From NCBI RefSeq assembly GCF_963506605.1, contig NC_083276.1:110360001-110424000 (forward strand): a stretch of 64,000 nucleotides of DNA, written 5' to 3'. Numbering within the stretch: the first letter of the stretch is position 1; the number at the start of each line of letters is the position of its first letter. The stretch is from Zootoca vivipara. Its lineage: Eukaryota. The position numbers and the translations under genes were made by a program. Positions 45,301 to 52,400 of the stretch are shown piece by piece. Below the pieces are notes generated by a model, which made no database searches, was not told the origin of the DNA, and worked only from the letters and a program-made list of their open reading frames with translations.

Positions 45301-46303
45301 GAATGAGGCTGTGGGAGATAGAGCTCCTCCATCCTCAACAGCCAGATTAGTACCAGGGGATGAGGAGGAGGAGGAGGAGGAGGTGATGCGGCCAAAGGCT
45401 CTGCCAGTCACATGCTTCCCAGCGTTGCCTAGCAACAGCAAAGCTCAGAGAAAAAGTTCTCTCCTCCAACTTGAAATCTGCCAGGGAGAGCCTGACCGAT
45501 GTGAAGGGGGTCTTATTATTCTTGCTTTGGACAAAAAACAACAACCGTTCTTTGCTTTGTCAAAAAGAAACACACACACAAAATCCCTCCAGCGTACAAA
45601 TTTGCACAAATTCCCCTCCAAGACATATACATATATATTCATTGCAATTAAAAATCGCGCGCGCGCACCGGTTCAAAGCCACCACAGTAAGCGGATGCAC
45701 CTTGCAGCAGCCAAAAACAAAACCACCCTCACGGCCCTCGTGCGCGCGCCATTTACAGTTGCAATGAATCTATGCCCAAAGTATATATATTTTAGAAATT
45801 GCAAAGCCATCCAACTAGCACCAGCTCGGCCCGCAACAGTTACAAAACTGTTCGCATGAGAGAATTAAGTCGCGAACACAAACGCGGCGGGCTGCCTGAG
45901 AGCGCGCGGGGAGGGGGAGGGTCCGGGTGCGAATTCGGAGCGCCTTTGAGCGAGCGCGTTTGTGAGAAAATCCCTCACCGGCCGATGGAACAAGCCGAGC
46001 CCGCTTCTTTGTCGCTTATCAAGCGCGTCCACTGTCGGGAGGGAAAGTTATTCTCCACAGATGCTGCGTGCAGAGGACCCGCTAGGTGGGAAAACTAAAG
46101 GAGAGCAGCCCCCTCCCCCACCCCAGTCCTCTTTCTCTCCTCCACAAAAAAAACACTTAAAAGTTGTGGGGTTCCCGAGCAGAGCTTCCTGGAGCTGAGA
46201 AGGGCTTACCTTGGCAGGCAGCTTGCAAGATGCAGGCAGCGAGCAAGGCGAGCACTTGGCATGCAACGGCTGCTCCGCCGTCCAGGCGCCGTCGAGGTCC
46301 CAT
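224..46303 (-). CDS. LRP2: LDL receptor-related protein 2 (megalin), exons 1-10, 3'-partial; join(46303..46210,16729..16622,14766..14644,12701..12585,6173..6063,5949..5836,4997..4881,3509..3366,2721..2602,352..224)
   Basis: Manual splicing gives one open frame: signal peptide, 7 LDLa repeats (C-x-C..W-x-CD..DC-x-D-x-SDE..C type) and 2 EGF modules. All introns are GT-AG and phase 1. The peptides and the 7-LDLa first cluster match megalin as I recall it ([46 protein letters not shown]). Confidence 0.96.
595..618 (+). repeat. (CAG)n microsatellite, intron 9
   Basis: acagcagcagcagcagcagcagca seen directly. Confidence 0.9.
2602..2721 (-). CDS. LRP2: LRP2 exon 9, EGF-like 1 ([40 protein letters not shown])
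   Basis: 120 nt, GGCAG acceptor and GTAAGT donor. Confidence 0.96.
2794..2921. other. assembly gap (N run), intron 8
   Basis: Run of N. Confidence 1.
3366..3509 (-). CDS. LRP2: LRP2 exon 8, LDLa7 ([48 protein letters not shown])
   Basis: 144 nt, CCTTAG acceptor and GTGAGT donor; visible in ORF 3358..3546. Confidence 0.95.
4000..4344 (+). mobile_element. non-autonomous DNA transposon (hAT-like MITE) with internal hairpin modules
   Basis: TIRs CATAGCTGCCAAGT / ACTTGGCAGGTATG; flanks ATGTATGTG / ATGTGTGTG (imperfect TSD); second copy inverted at 32237-32578. Confidence 0.8.
4881..4997 (-). CDS. LRP2: LRP2 exon 7, LDLa6 ([39 protein letters not shown])
   Basis: 117 nt, CCTCAG acceptor and GTAAGC donor. 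Confidence 0.96.
5836..5949 (-). CDS. LRP2: LRP2 exon 6, LDLa5 ([38 protein letters not shown])
   Basis: 114 nt, TTTCAG acceptor and GTACGT donor; follows a 113-nt intron. Confidence 0.95.
6063..6173 (-). CDS. LRP2: LRP2 exon 5, LDLa4 ([37 protein letters not shown])
   Basis: 111 nt, TTGCAG acceptor and GTAAGT donor. Confidence 0.96.
6343..6478. mobile_element. short palindromic hAT-type MITE
   Basis: TIRs CAGGCATAGGCAACCTTCGGCCC / GGGCCGAAGGTTGCCTATGCCTG; same core as copies at 49909, 58522 and 61343. Older degenerate relatives lie near 5645-5780, 6235-6340, 9530-9650 and 12060-12190. Confidence 0.8.
10766..11124 (-). mobile_element. Sauria SINE, full length, nested in an older MITE
   Basis: tRNA-like head (GGTTCGATTCCC B box), Sauria body, ACCTTT-type tail; 13-bp TSD TCTGCTGATGTTA (10753-10765, 11125-11137). 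Confidence 0.92.
12585..12701 (-). CDS. LRP2: LRP2 exon 4, LDLa3 ([39 protein letters not shown])
   Basis: 117 nt, TTTGCAG acceptor and GTGAGT donor. Confidence 0.96.
14545..14618 (-). mobile_element. degenerate tRNA-derived SINE head
   Basis: Minus strand TAGCTCAGTTGTACAGC...AGGTTCCAGGTTCAATCCCTG has A/B-box-like motifs; related heads near 48325-48400, 53835-53895 and 56780-56830. Confidence 0.55.
14644..14766 (-). CDS. LRP2: LRP2 exon 3, LDLa2 ([41 protein letters not shown])
   Basis: 123 nt, CTAG acceptor and GTAAGT donor. Confidence 0.96.
16622..16729 (-). CDS. LRP2: LRP2 exon 2, LDLa1 ([36 protein letters not shown])
   Basis: 108 nt, TTGCAG acceptor and GTAAGT donor, six-Cys LDLa pattern. 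Confidence 0.96.
18366..18506. other. assembly gap (N run), intron 1
   Basis: Run of N. Confidence 1.
20624..20826. mobile_element. hAT-type MITE
   Basis: Ends CAGGGCCAGTCC / GGGCCAGCCCTG; 8-bp TSD TTCACAGA / TTCACAGC (7/8). Confidence 0.7.
23075..23414 (+). mobile_element. Sauria SINE, full length
   Basis: GGGACGCAGGCGGCACTGTGGG head, GGGGTCCCTTTACCT tail; 14-bp TSD TAAAT(G/A)CAGTGGTA. Confidence 0.92.
23421..23661. mobile_element. Tc1/mariner-pogo (Tigger-like) MITE
   Basis: TIRs CAGTGGTATCTTGGTTT / AAACCAAGGTACCACTG, TA on both sides. Confidence 0.8.
25268..25692. mobile_element. hAT (Charlie-like) non-autonomous element
   Basis: TIRs CAGCGTTTCTCAACC / GGTTGAGAAACACTG; CpG-rich left end; no clear TSD. 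Confidence 0.7.
26246..26477. mobile_element. Tc1/mariner-pogo (Tigger-like) MITE
   Basis: TIRs CAGTGGCACCTTGGGTTA / TAACCCAAGGTACCACTG, TA flanks, internal TCAGGTTA repeats. Confidence 0.8.
26543..26745 (+). mobile_element. Penelope-like element terminus: inverted pLTR pair plus 3' tail
   Basis: Perfect 80-bp inverted repeat (26540-26619 / 26630-26709) of the same terminal sequence seen at 60265 and 61931, where it adjoins a GIY-YIG ORF; 14-bp TSD AGTCAAAACACAAT (26529-26542, 26746-26759). Confidence 0.88.
32237..32578 (-). mobile_element. hAT-like MITE, inverted copy of 4000-4344
   Basis: CATACCTGCCAAGT ... ACTTGGCAGCTTG; flanking duplication ATGGGGCG (8 bp, extendable to 10 bp). Confidence 0.8.
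33076..33190 (-). mobile_element. CR1 LINE 3' end fragment
   Basis: AGAATCACAGAATTGCAGAGTTGCAAGGGACC...CTAGTCCAACCCCCTG resembles the CR1 3'UTR seen at 55634. Confidence 0.7.
34050..34360 (+). mobile_element. solo LTR (311 bp)
   Basis: TG...CA ends, perfect 5-bp TSD TTAAT (34045-34049, 34361-34365), repeated CCAAT/ATTGG boxes, TATATAAG at 34250, AATAAA at 34317. Confidence 0.85.
35114..35316. mobile_element. old Tc1/mariner-type MITE remnant
   Basis: TA-CAGGCAGC ... GAGTTGCCTG-TA; a related right end occurs at 35041-35053. Confidence 0.45.
37086..37405 (+). mobile_element. Tc1/mariner-pogo (Tigger-like) MITE with internal TTCAGTTTATGAAC repeats
   Basis: TIRs CAGTGGAACCTCGGTTTATGAACAC / GTGTTCATAAACCGAGGTACCACTG, TA flanks; near-identical inverted copy at 47757-48092. 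Confidence 0.88.
39110..39595 (+). mobile_element. old, frameshifted Penelope-like element (linker plus GIY-YIG fragment)
   Basis: Piecewise translation gives [40 protein letters not shown] and RTAELEF, matching the younger Penelope ORF at 62205-62824. Confidence 0.7.
40271..40636 (+). mobile_element. BovB (RTE) LINE, short 3' fragment
   Basis: Near-identical to 42644-43005; 12-bp TSD ACTTTCTCTCTC (40259-40270, 40637-40648). Confidence 0.92.
41867..41924 (-). mobile_element. Penelope-like element extreme 3' tail fragment
   Basis: Reverse complement matches 26695-26745 (TTTTATTTTG.TTCGACT..CAGACCAACAC.GCTACCTACCTGTA). Confidence 0.75.
42060..43027 (+). mobile_element. BovB (RTE-clade) LINE, 5'-truncated, RT C-terminal frame intact
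   Basis: [38 protein letters not shown] and [20 protein letters not shown] are BovB-typical; (CAA)n tail; 14-bp TSD AGCGCCTTTGGTTA (42046-42059, 43028-43041). Confidence 0.96.
43060..43410 (+). mobile_element. Sauria SINE, full length
   Basis: Same head, body and tail as the other copies; sits in a TAA-rich site just after the BovB copy. Confidence 0.9.
43803..44047 (+). mobile_element. tRNA/CORE-type squamate SINE (Squam3-like)
   Basis: AGAGCGGTAGACTCGTAATCTGGGGAACCGGGTTCG head and CTGGGTGACCTTGGGCTAGTCAC CORE-like motif; flanks share TCTAAAAAG. Family name is from recall. Confidence 0.7.
44250..44580 (+). mobile_element. L2-clade LINE 3' fragment
   Basis: Degenerate RTLRSS..LL.VP...FSVV.P.LWN.LP C-terminal motif, then a 3'UTR ending GGGTATAAATAATAAT. 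Confidence 0.65.
46210..46303 (-). CDS. LRP2: LRP2 exon 1 coding part, signal peptide [31 protein letters not shown](G)
   Basis: ATG at 46303 in a CpG island; hydrophobic core with the AAVAC motif recalled from mammalian LRP2; donor G|GTAAG at 46210/46209; 94 nt, phase 1, joins exon 2 in frame. Confidence 0.92.
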
Positions 46304-46397
46304 CTGCGCGGGGATGCTTGCAGGGAGCCCTCGCAGCCACGCAGCTGGCCGGGCTTGGCGAGGAAGGCGCGCTTCTACAAGCACCTCTCGGGCTGCC

Positions 46398-46418
46398 CTC
46401 TCTCTCTCTCTCTCTCTC
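46398..46418 (+). repeat. (CT)n microsatellite, (GA)n in the LRP2 5'UTR
   Basis: ctctctctctctctctctctc seen directly. Confidence 0.9.
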
Positions 46419-46446
46419 CCCGCCCGCCCTGTCTTTCCTGATCCCG

Positions 46447-46485
46447 CTAGTTGCAGAAGAAAGGCGCGCTCGCCAGCTGAGGCAT
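46447..46485 (-). other. upstream ORF in the LRP2 5'UTR (MPQLASAPFFCN*)
   Basis: The only ATG between the inferred TSS and the main ATG; 13 codons ending in TAG at 46449-46447. Confidence 0.55.
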
Positions 46486-46499
46486 CGCTTGGCCTCGAC

Positions 46500-46545
46500 G
46501 CTCCCACCCTCCAGACATTGCATAAAGCTCTTTATACCCGCCGGC
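46500..46545 (-). promoter_or_regulatory. LRP2 core promoter with TATA box (TATAAAG, 46536-46530); inferred TSS near 46506
   Basis: Minus strand reads GGGTATAAAGAGCTTTATGCAATGTCTGGAGGGTGGG about 230 nt upstream of the ATG, inside the CpG island. The TSS is inferred from TATA spacing only. Confidence 0.7.
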
Positions 46546-47756
46546 CCCGGAACTAGCATGAGGCATTTGCTCCAGGCCCGGGAAGCCCGGGCAGCGCTTG
46601 CCCCTCCCTCTCTTCATTTGCACTTTGCAGCCGGGGCGTGCGGAGATGCAACTTTGCAAGCGAAACTTCCAAGTCGCTTCCTGCAGGGTCCCTGGCCTTT
46701 GCAGCAGGAGCAATGTTGGGAAGCAAGAATCACGACCCAACAATATTGAGCAAGTTTCGAGTGGGACTTTCTCGCGAGGAGCTGCTCCCCTACTGTGCTT
46801 CTCAAAGAAAGCTTGTCAAGGGTGGGGGTGAAGGCAAGATTTGGGGGGGGGCGGTCGGTAAAAATGGGAGAGTTTCAATTACATTCCAATCATCATAATT
46901 CCTTATACAATAGCTGCAATATTCTGTTCGTTAAATGATTTATAAAACTGCAGGTGAGGATCTCAAACTGTATCAGTAAGATTTTGGAACACAGAAATAA
47001 AGAAAACCGTCAATTTTCGCATAATTCTAAATTATATAATTTGGTATTTGAATGATTGATTGCATTATAAATTGGTGTTGTTATAATAAGGCTATTATTG
47101 GATTATAATTGAAAATTAATTTTAAAAATTATAAAAAGAAATTGGAGAGTTTTCTTTTAAAAGTATGAGATGCTTTCTAAATGGTTCCCAAGTGGCAGCT
47201 ACGGTAGTAACGGCATCTTTCATATAAACGTGTAAGAGAAGCCGGCAATACAGGGGTGCTTAAAGCGTGTGATGCTGCTCCAACACTAATGCCCCATACA
47301 AAGTACTGTTATGTTAATGTTATTGTTTCAGTGGACCTTCATCTATTGGTTCAGTGACATGTTTTCCCAACGTACATTGCCTTCACATGACTATATAGTA
47401 TTTGCTTTGGTTATGCCCACCTGCACATTTTCAAACCAGCTGTATTATTCCCAAATCTGTCCTGGTATGACCTGTGCCATTTCTCTCCCCCCCCCCTCCA
47501 TTTTCCATCTCTCTCCCCCTGCACACACACAAACACACACACACACCCCAACATGATGAATAGGGAATAATTAAATAGCCCTAGAGCTATGGAAGAAAGG
47601 GTAGCTGAAGCAAAGCAGTTTTAATAAACCAAGTACAGTATGGAGAATGCTGCTTCTTGTGAATTCAGAATGTACATCTTCATTAACAGATAGGATTACA
47701 TACTCTGATGCTATTCTTGTTTTAAGGAAAGAGCTCTCCAGGACTGTACTGCAGTA

Positions 47757-48092
47757 CAGAGGTACCTCGGTTTATGAACACAATTGGTTCCGGAAGTCTG
47801 TTCGTAAACTGAAGCGTTCATAAACTGAAGCGAACTTTCCCATTGAAAGTAATGGAAAGTGGATTAATCTGTTCCAGACGGTCCGCGGGGTACTTAAACT
47901 GAAGCGTTCATAAACTGAAGCATGGGTGTAATTGGTTCTGGAAGTCTGTTCATAAACTGAAGCGTTCATAAACTGAAGCGAACTTTCCCATTGAAAGTAA
48001 TGGAAAATGAATTAATCCGTTCCAGATGGGTCCGCGGCGTTCGTAAACCGAAAATTCATAAACCGAGGTGTTCATAAACCGAGGTTCCACTG
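47757..48092 (-). mobile_element. Tigger-like MITE, inverted copy of 37086-37405
   Basis: CAGAGGTACCTCGGTTTATGAACAC ... TTCATAAACCGAGGTTCCACTG, TA flanks. Confidence 0.88.
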
Positions 48093-49050
48093 TAGTTATA
48101 AGTTATTGTTGGGAAAGATGGTTGCAACAATTGGTGTCACTGACCATGGGTGTAGCCAGGATTTTTGTTAGGGGGAGCAGGCTTTGGGGGGGCAGAACCT
48201 CAGATTTATATTGATTTTATTGATTGGGGGGCAACTGCCCCCCCTTCACTATGCTCATGTCACTGACAGTTTTTCATTAGTGATCCTCAGGTGTTTGCAA
48301 AAAAATTCAGGGATTACTGTGGAGGGTGGGGATGGAGCTTAGTGGTAGAACAGTGCTTTGTCTGCAGATGGTTCAAGGTTCAATCCCTTGCACTTCCAGA
48401 GAGACCTCTGTCAGACACTTTTAGAGGCTTAGCTGATATACATCAACCCAGAGGGTAGGATTCTAAACTCTCAATTGTAGATTGTGGCCCATACTTAATA
48501 TATACGGTAGCACATCAAAAGAATGAATGCACCCTGATAACTACTACTAAATCAGATTAGTTTACTATGTAAATAAAACAAATAACTACAGTCATTAAAA
48601 ATGGATCTCTGTCTCAGTGGATATTTGGTTGTCGGCGTCCCCCCCCTGCAGCCATCAGTTAAAATCTTAATGATTTATGCAGGTCTTCAGAACATAATGG
48701 AAATGGTCTTACCGAACTCTTATTGCTGGCTGTTTTTGCTATTGTACTGTAATGTGTTGTCGTGATTTTAGAATTGTAATGTCAGTGGTGCTTGTATGTT
48801 GTAATTTATGGAGCTTGTTAGCCACCCTGGGCTCGCTTGTGAAGAAGGGTGTGATACAACAGAGTGTGCATCACCCACAGAGTATCAAACACAATGGAAA
48901 ACATTCCTTTCGAGTCTCAGGTGTTTCCAGTTAATACAAGGTGTGAAAACTAGAAACTAATTTCCAGCCCAGAAACCCTTTCCCCTGGAGTTTGTTACTC
49001 ATTAGATTACTCCAAAATCACACCCAAATTAAGTAGATCGTAGACTGCAG

Positions 49051-49401
49051 TGGGTGGCGCTGTGGTCTAAACCACAGAGCCTAGGGCTTGCCGATCAGAA
49101 GATTGCCAGTTCGAATCCCCGCAACGGGGCGAGCTCCCGTTGTTCGGTCCCTGCTCCTGCCCACCTAGCAGTTTGAAAGCATGTCAAAGTGCAAGTAGGT
49201 ACCGCTCTGGCGGGAAGGTAAACGGCGTTTCCGTGCGCTGCTCTGGTTTCGCCAGAAGCGGCTTAGTCATGCTGGCCACATGACCCGGAAGCTGTCTGCG
49301 GATAAACGTCGGCTCCCTCGGCCAGTAAAGCTAGATAAGCGCTGCAACCCCAGAGTCGTTCGCGACTGGACTTAACTGTCCGGGGTCCCTTTACCTTTAC
49401 C
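49051..49401 (+). mobile_element. Sauria SINE
   Basis: Full body with CCCTTTACCTTTACC tail; perfect 10-bp TSD TAGACTGCAG (49041-49050, 49402-49411). Confidence 0.92.
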
Positions 49402-49580
49402 TAGACTGCAGCTAGGATGAGCAAGTGGATGAGATCTATATTATGGCTGTCAACCTGGTTCATGCCTAGTTCTTCTCTGCATGATTACTGTACGCTTGTT
49501 GATTGGCAGCTCTATCCTATGTGCAGCATTAGGAAAGTTCTGCACAACTCTGCTGTGTGTTTTTTCCGTCCGTCCGTCCC

Positions 49581-49716
49581 CCCTGCCCTGCCCCATCTCT
49601 TCTTATCCCACTAGTTGCAGGAGAAAGGCATGTTCATCAGCTGAGGCATCAAGTTTTCTATACACTCCCACCCTCCATAAAGCTCTTTATACCTGCCAGC
49701 CCCAGCCACAAGCATG
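49581..49716 (-). pseudogene. degenerate duplicate of the LRP2 core promoter/5'UTR
   Basis: Colinear with about 46418-46560 (CTAGTTGCAG-AGAAAGGC, CAGCTGAGGCATC, CTCCCACCCTC, CATAAAGCTCTTTATACC, AGCATG); most CpGs changed to TG/CA. Confidence 0.88.
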
Positions 49717-49908
49717 ACAAATGTTGCTCTTCTTTGGTGACCCATCTATACATGCAATGTCACAGCTATCAGGTTGCATCTAATCTTAGCTGAATTTAGT
49801 TCTTAAACAATTACGTTTTCCCATGGTTAAGATCGCAGAAGGGAAGGGCGTCTGTTGCCAAGACCTGCTTTTTGTTGTCTGATGTAGAGAGGTATATATT
49901 CTTTAGAG

Positions 49909-50044
49909 CAGGCACCCCCAAACTTCGGCTCTCCAGATGTTTTGGACTACAATTCCCATCATCCCTGACCACTGGTCCTCTTAGCTAGGGATAATGGGAG
50001 TTGTAGGCCAAAACATCTGGAGGGCCGCAGTTTGGGGATGCCTG
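49909..50044. mobile_element. short palindromic hAT-type MITE
   Basis: TIRs CAGGCACCCCCAAACT / AGTTTGGGGATGCCTG; perfect 8-bp TSD CTTTAGAG. Confidence 0.9.
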
Positions 50045-51959
50045 CTTTAGAGCATCCAAATTTCTTACCAAGGCTTTAAAAATTCATGTAATAAAACTTA
50101 AAGGGGAAATGGGAAATGATTTATTCTGTAAAGGTCAGGGAGTAGAAATGCTCATCAGCTGAGGCATCAAGTTTTCTATTATTAGCAGTATTATTATTAT
50201 TATTATTATTGTGTGTGTACTGGCTGCTCGCTAAACACAATAAATAAAACTGAACTGAATTTAGTTCTGGTTGAAATCTATAGGACTTGACCTAGTTGTT
50301 ACTAACCTCATTCAACTAACCTAGTCTGGTTCCAGCCTATCAAGTGATTAGCACGCATGTGTGAACCTGCCCATATTCAGCGAAGCACAAGACAGTTAAT
50401 TATTTCTCTTCCTTTTTTACATGCACATCTAAATACAGAAGCCTTGGATGGTAAATATTATTTAAACATTCTTAATTCTTCTGGTTAAATGCATATACAA
50501 TTTAGGAGTTTTTGTTTTGTATTTTGGTTAACTGAGCTGGACACTCCAAACCTGCAGTTCAATGCACAGGAATAAGGTCTGTTCTATGAAGGAAACCGTT
50601 GCAGATGATGTCGCCACGTGGAAGACAGACCTCCTACCCCAGGAAAATAAAGGGCAGATGTGTTCTAGAACGTCACAATTTGGGTATGCATAAATTTTGG
50701 CACATAAGTGGTATATTTATTAATCAACAACAACAATGCCGCCTTTACAGCGACTCAAACTTGCTGAAACCTTAAAAATTGCTGAGTTTTGTGCATTTTT
50801 AACCTAAATCTGATAACTCCTTGCCTGAAATAGGATGCCTCTGCTAATATGTGCTCCAAAGAGTAATACGTACATGGTTATATTACTTTTTATGATTCCT
50901 TATGCTCTCGGGCCATATCCAGGGCTGTTAAATTGTGCGGTGGGGGGGGGGAAGGTTCACAGATCGAACTTCCCTTCTGGATGTCAAAGATCCCAACCGC
51001 AAGGAAGAGCCCATGCGAAATTATACCCTTTCCAATGTCAGACAGCTGGGAACTGTTGGTTATTTACTGGAGGGCCCTTGTCTCTCAAACCCCCAGGCTC
51101 CCTCTTCTTTCTGCCTTGATCACACACTCAAGGGCTCTCTAAATAACCTCTCAGGCGTTTCCATTAGAGTTGCAGCAGGGAGAAGGGAAAGCAGAAGGGA
51201 AGAGAGCAAGAGTGTGCAAGGTTTCGGCAGGGGGTTGTGATTTATGCAGGTTTAGGGCTGCTTGGGTAGTGGTACGACACAGCACCGGGGTCAAGCCACA
51301 AGAAACACTGGGGGCAGATCAGAATATTCAATGAGCTTCCTGGCACCTCTGAATCACAAAGAAGGGATCAGATCTCTCCATCACAAGATCTAGAGCAGCT
51401 GAGAGGGGAGGAGGAGGGAGGGGCTCTCCAAATCTCTCTCTCTCTCTTTCTGCCTGCCTGCCAGCCTGTCTCCATTCTCTACAGGCGAACAGCTCCTGAA
51501 ACATTCCTTTCTGCCCCGAAGGGCTTTATTCTCCCTGCTATTGTTCTTTGCTGTGTCTTGCAGGGTTGCCACTGGAATTCTTGTCATGGTTTCACAGCAA
51601 GGCACAGGCGGCTGGAGGAGTAAGCTGGCCAGACCAAACCAGCTGCAATGCGAGTCTTAACGGGGGGGGGGGGAACAAACCCCTAAATCAGGGGTGGGGA
51701 GAGGCAGGAATCCATTGACAGCAGCTGATCTGGCCCACCCCTCTGACCCCCACAGAAAAAAGTTGCAATAGTCACAGGTTGGCTACGTGGAGACCGGCAG
51801 GTGAGCATGGCCAGACGTGTCCCGAGTTGCCCACTTTGCACAAGCATGTGGGTTTTAAGAAAGGGGTTATTATTATTTTGACACGACCTGGGAAATTGAA
51901 GACCTGAAGTCTTGAAAGACTCGCCATTAAGAATCATATAATTTTATGCCAGTATAGTC

Positions 51960-52218
51960 TCATAAAATCAAAGAACTGTAGAGTTGGAAGGGACCCTGAG
52001 GGTCATCTAGTCCAACCCCCTGCAATGCAGGAATCCCAACTAAATTATCTGTGACAGGTGCTATCCAACCTCTGCTTTAAAACCTCCAAGGAAGGAGAAT
52101 GCACAACCTTCCTAGGGAGACCTTTCCAGTGTCAAACAGCTCTTGCTGTCAGAAAGTTTTTCCTGGTGTTTAGTCAGAATATCCCAGAATATCCTTTCGA
52201 TGTAACTTGAAGCCATTG
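51960..52218 (-). mobile_element. CR1 LINE 3' fragment
   Basis: Homologous to 55634-55895. Confidence 0.8.
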
Positions 52219-52282
52219 AAGCCTCTATGGGAGCTGGTGAACTTACCTGGGAAATGGGGAAGGCTGTCTTTAGGTGACCTGG

Positions 52283-52400
52283 AAAAACTGTCTGTGGACA
52301 AACGTCGGCTCCCTCGGCCTGTAAAGCGAGATGAACGCCACAACCTCAGAGTCGTTTGCGACTGGACTTAACGGTCAGGGGTCCCTTTACCTTTACCTTT
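52283..52400 (+). mobile_element. Sauria SINE 3' fragment
   Basis: CTGTCTGTGGACAAACGTCGGCTCCCTCGGCC...GGGGTCCCTTTACCTTTACCTTT. Confidence 0.8.

Larger units (their letters stand above)
45650..46800. promoter_or_regulatory. CpG island covering the LRP2 promoter, exon 1 and start of intron 1
   Basis: Dense CG dinucleotides (cgcgcgcgcgc, gcgcgcgg, ccccgcccgccc) against a CpG-poor background; boundaries approximate. Confidence 0.85.

Noticed and set aside
45245-45859. 204-aa plus-strand ORF and other overlapping ORFs in the CpG island
   Set aside because: No recognisable domain; the poly-Glu comes from a GAG microsatellite; long chance frames are expected in GC-rich DNA.
46157-46507. 116-aa ORF as an N-terminally extended LRP2 exon 1
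   Set aside because: It uses a non-ATG start near the presumed TSS, crosses a GA microsatellite and runs past the splice donor. The ATG at 46303 gives a proper signal peptide.
48325-48400. tRNA gene look-alike (also the Sauria SINE heads)
   Set aside because: Only degenerate A/B boxes; stems do not pair into a cloverleaf; consistent with tRNA-derived SINE heads.
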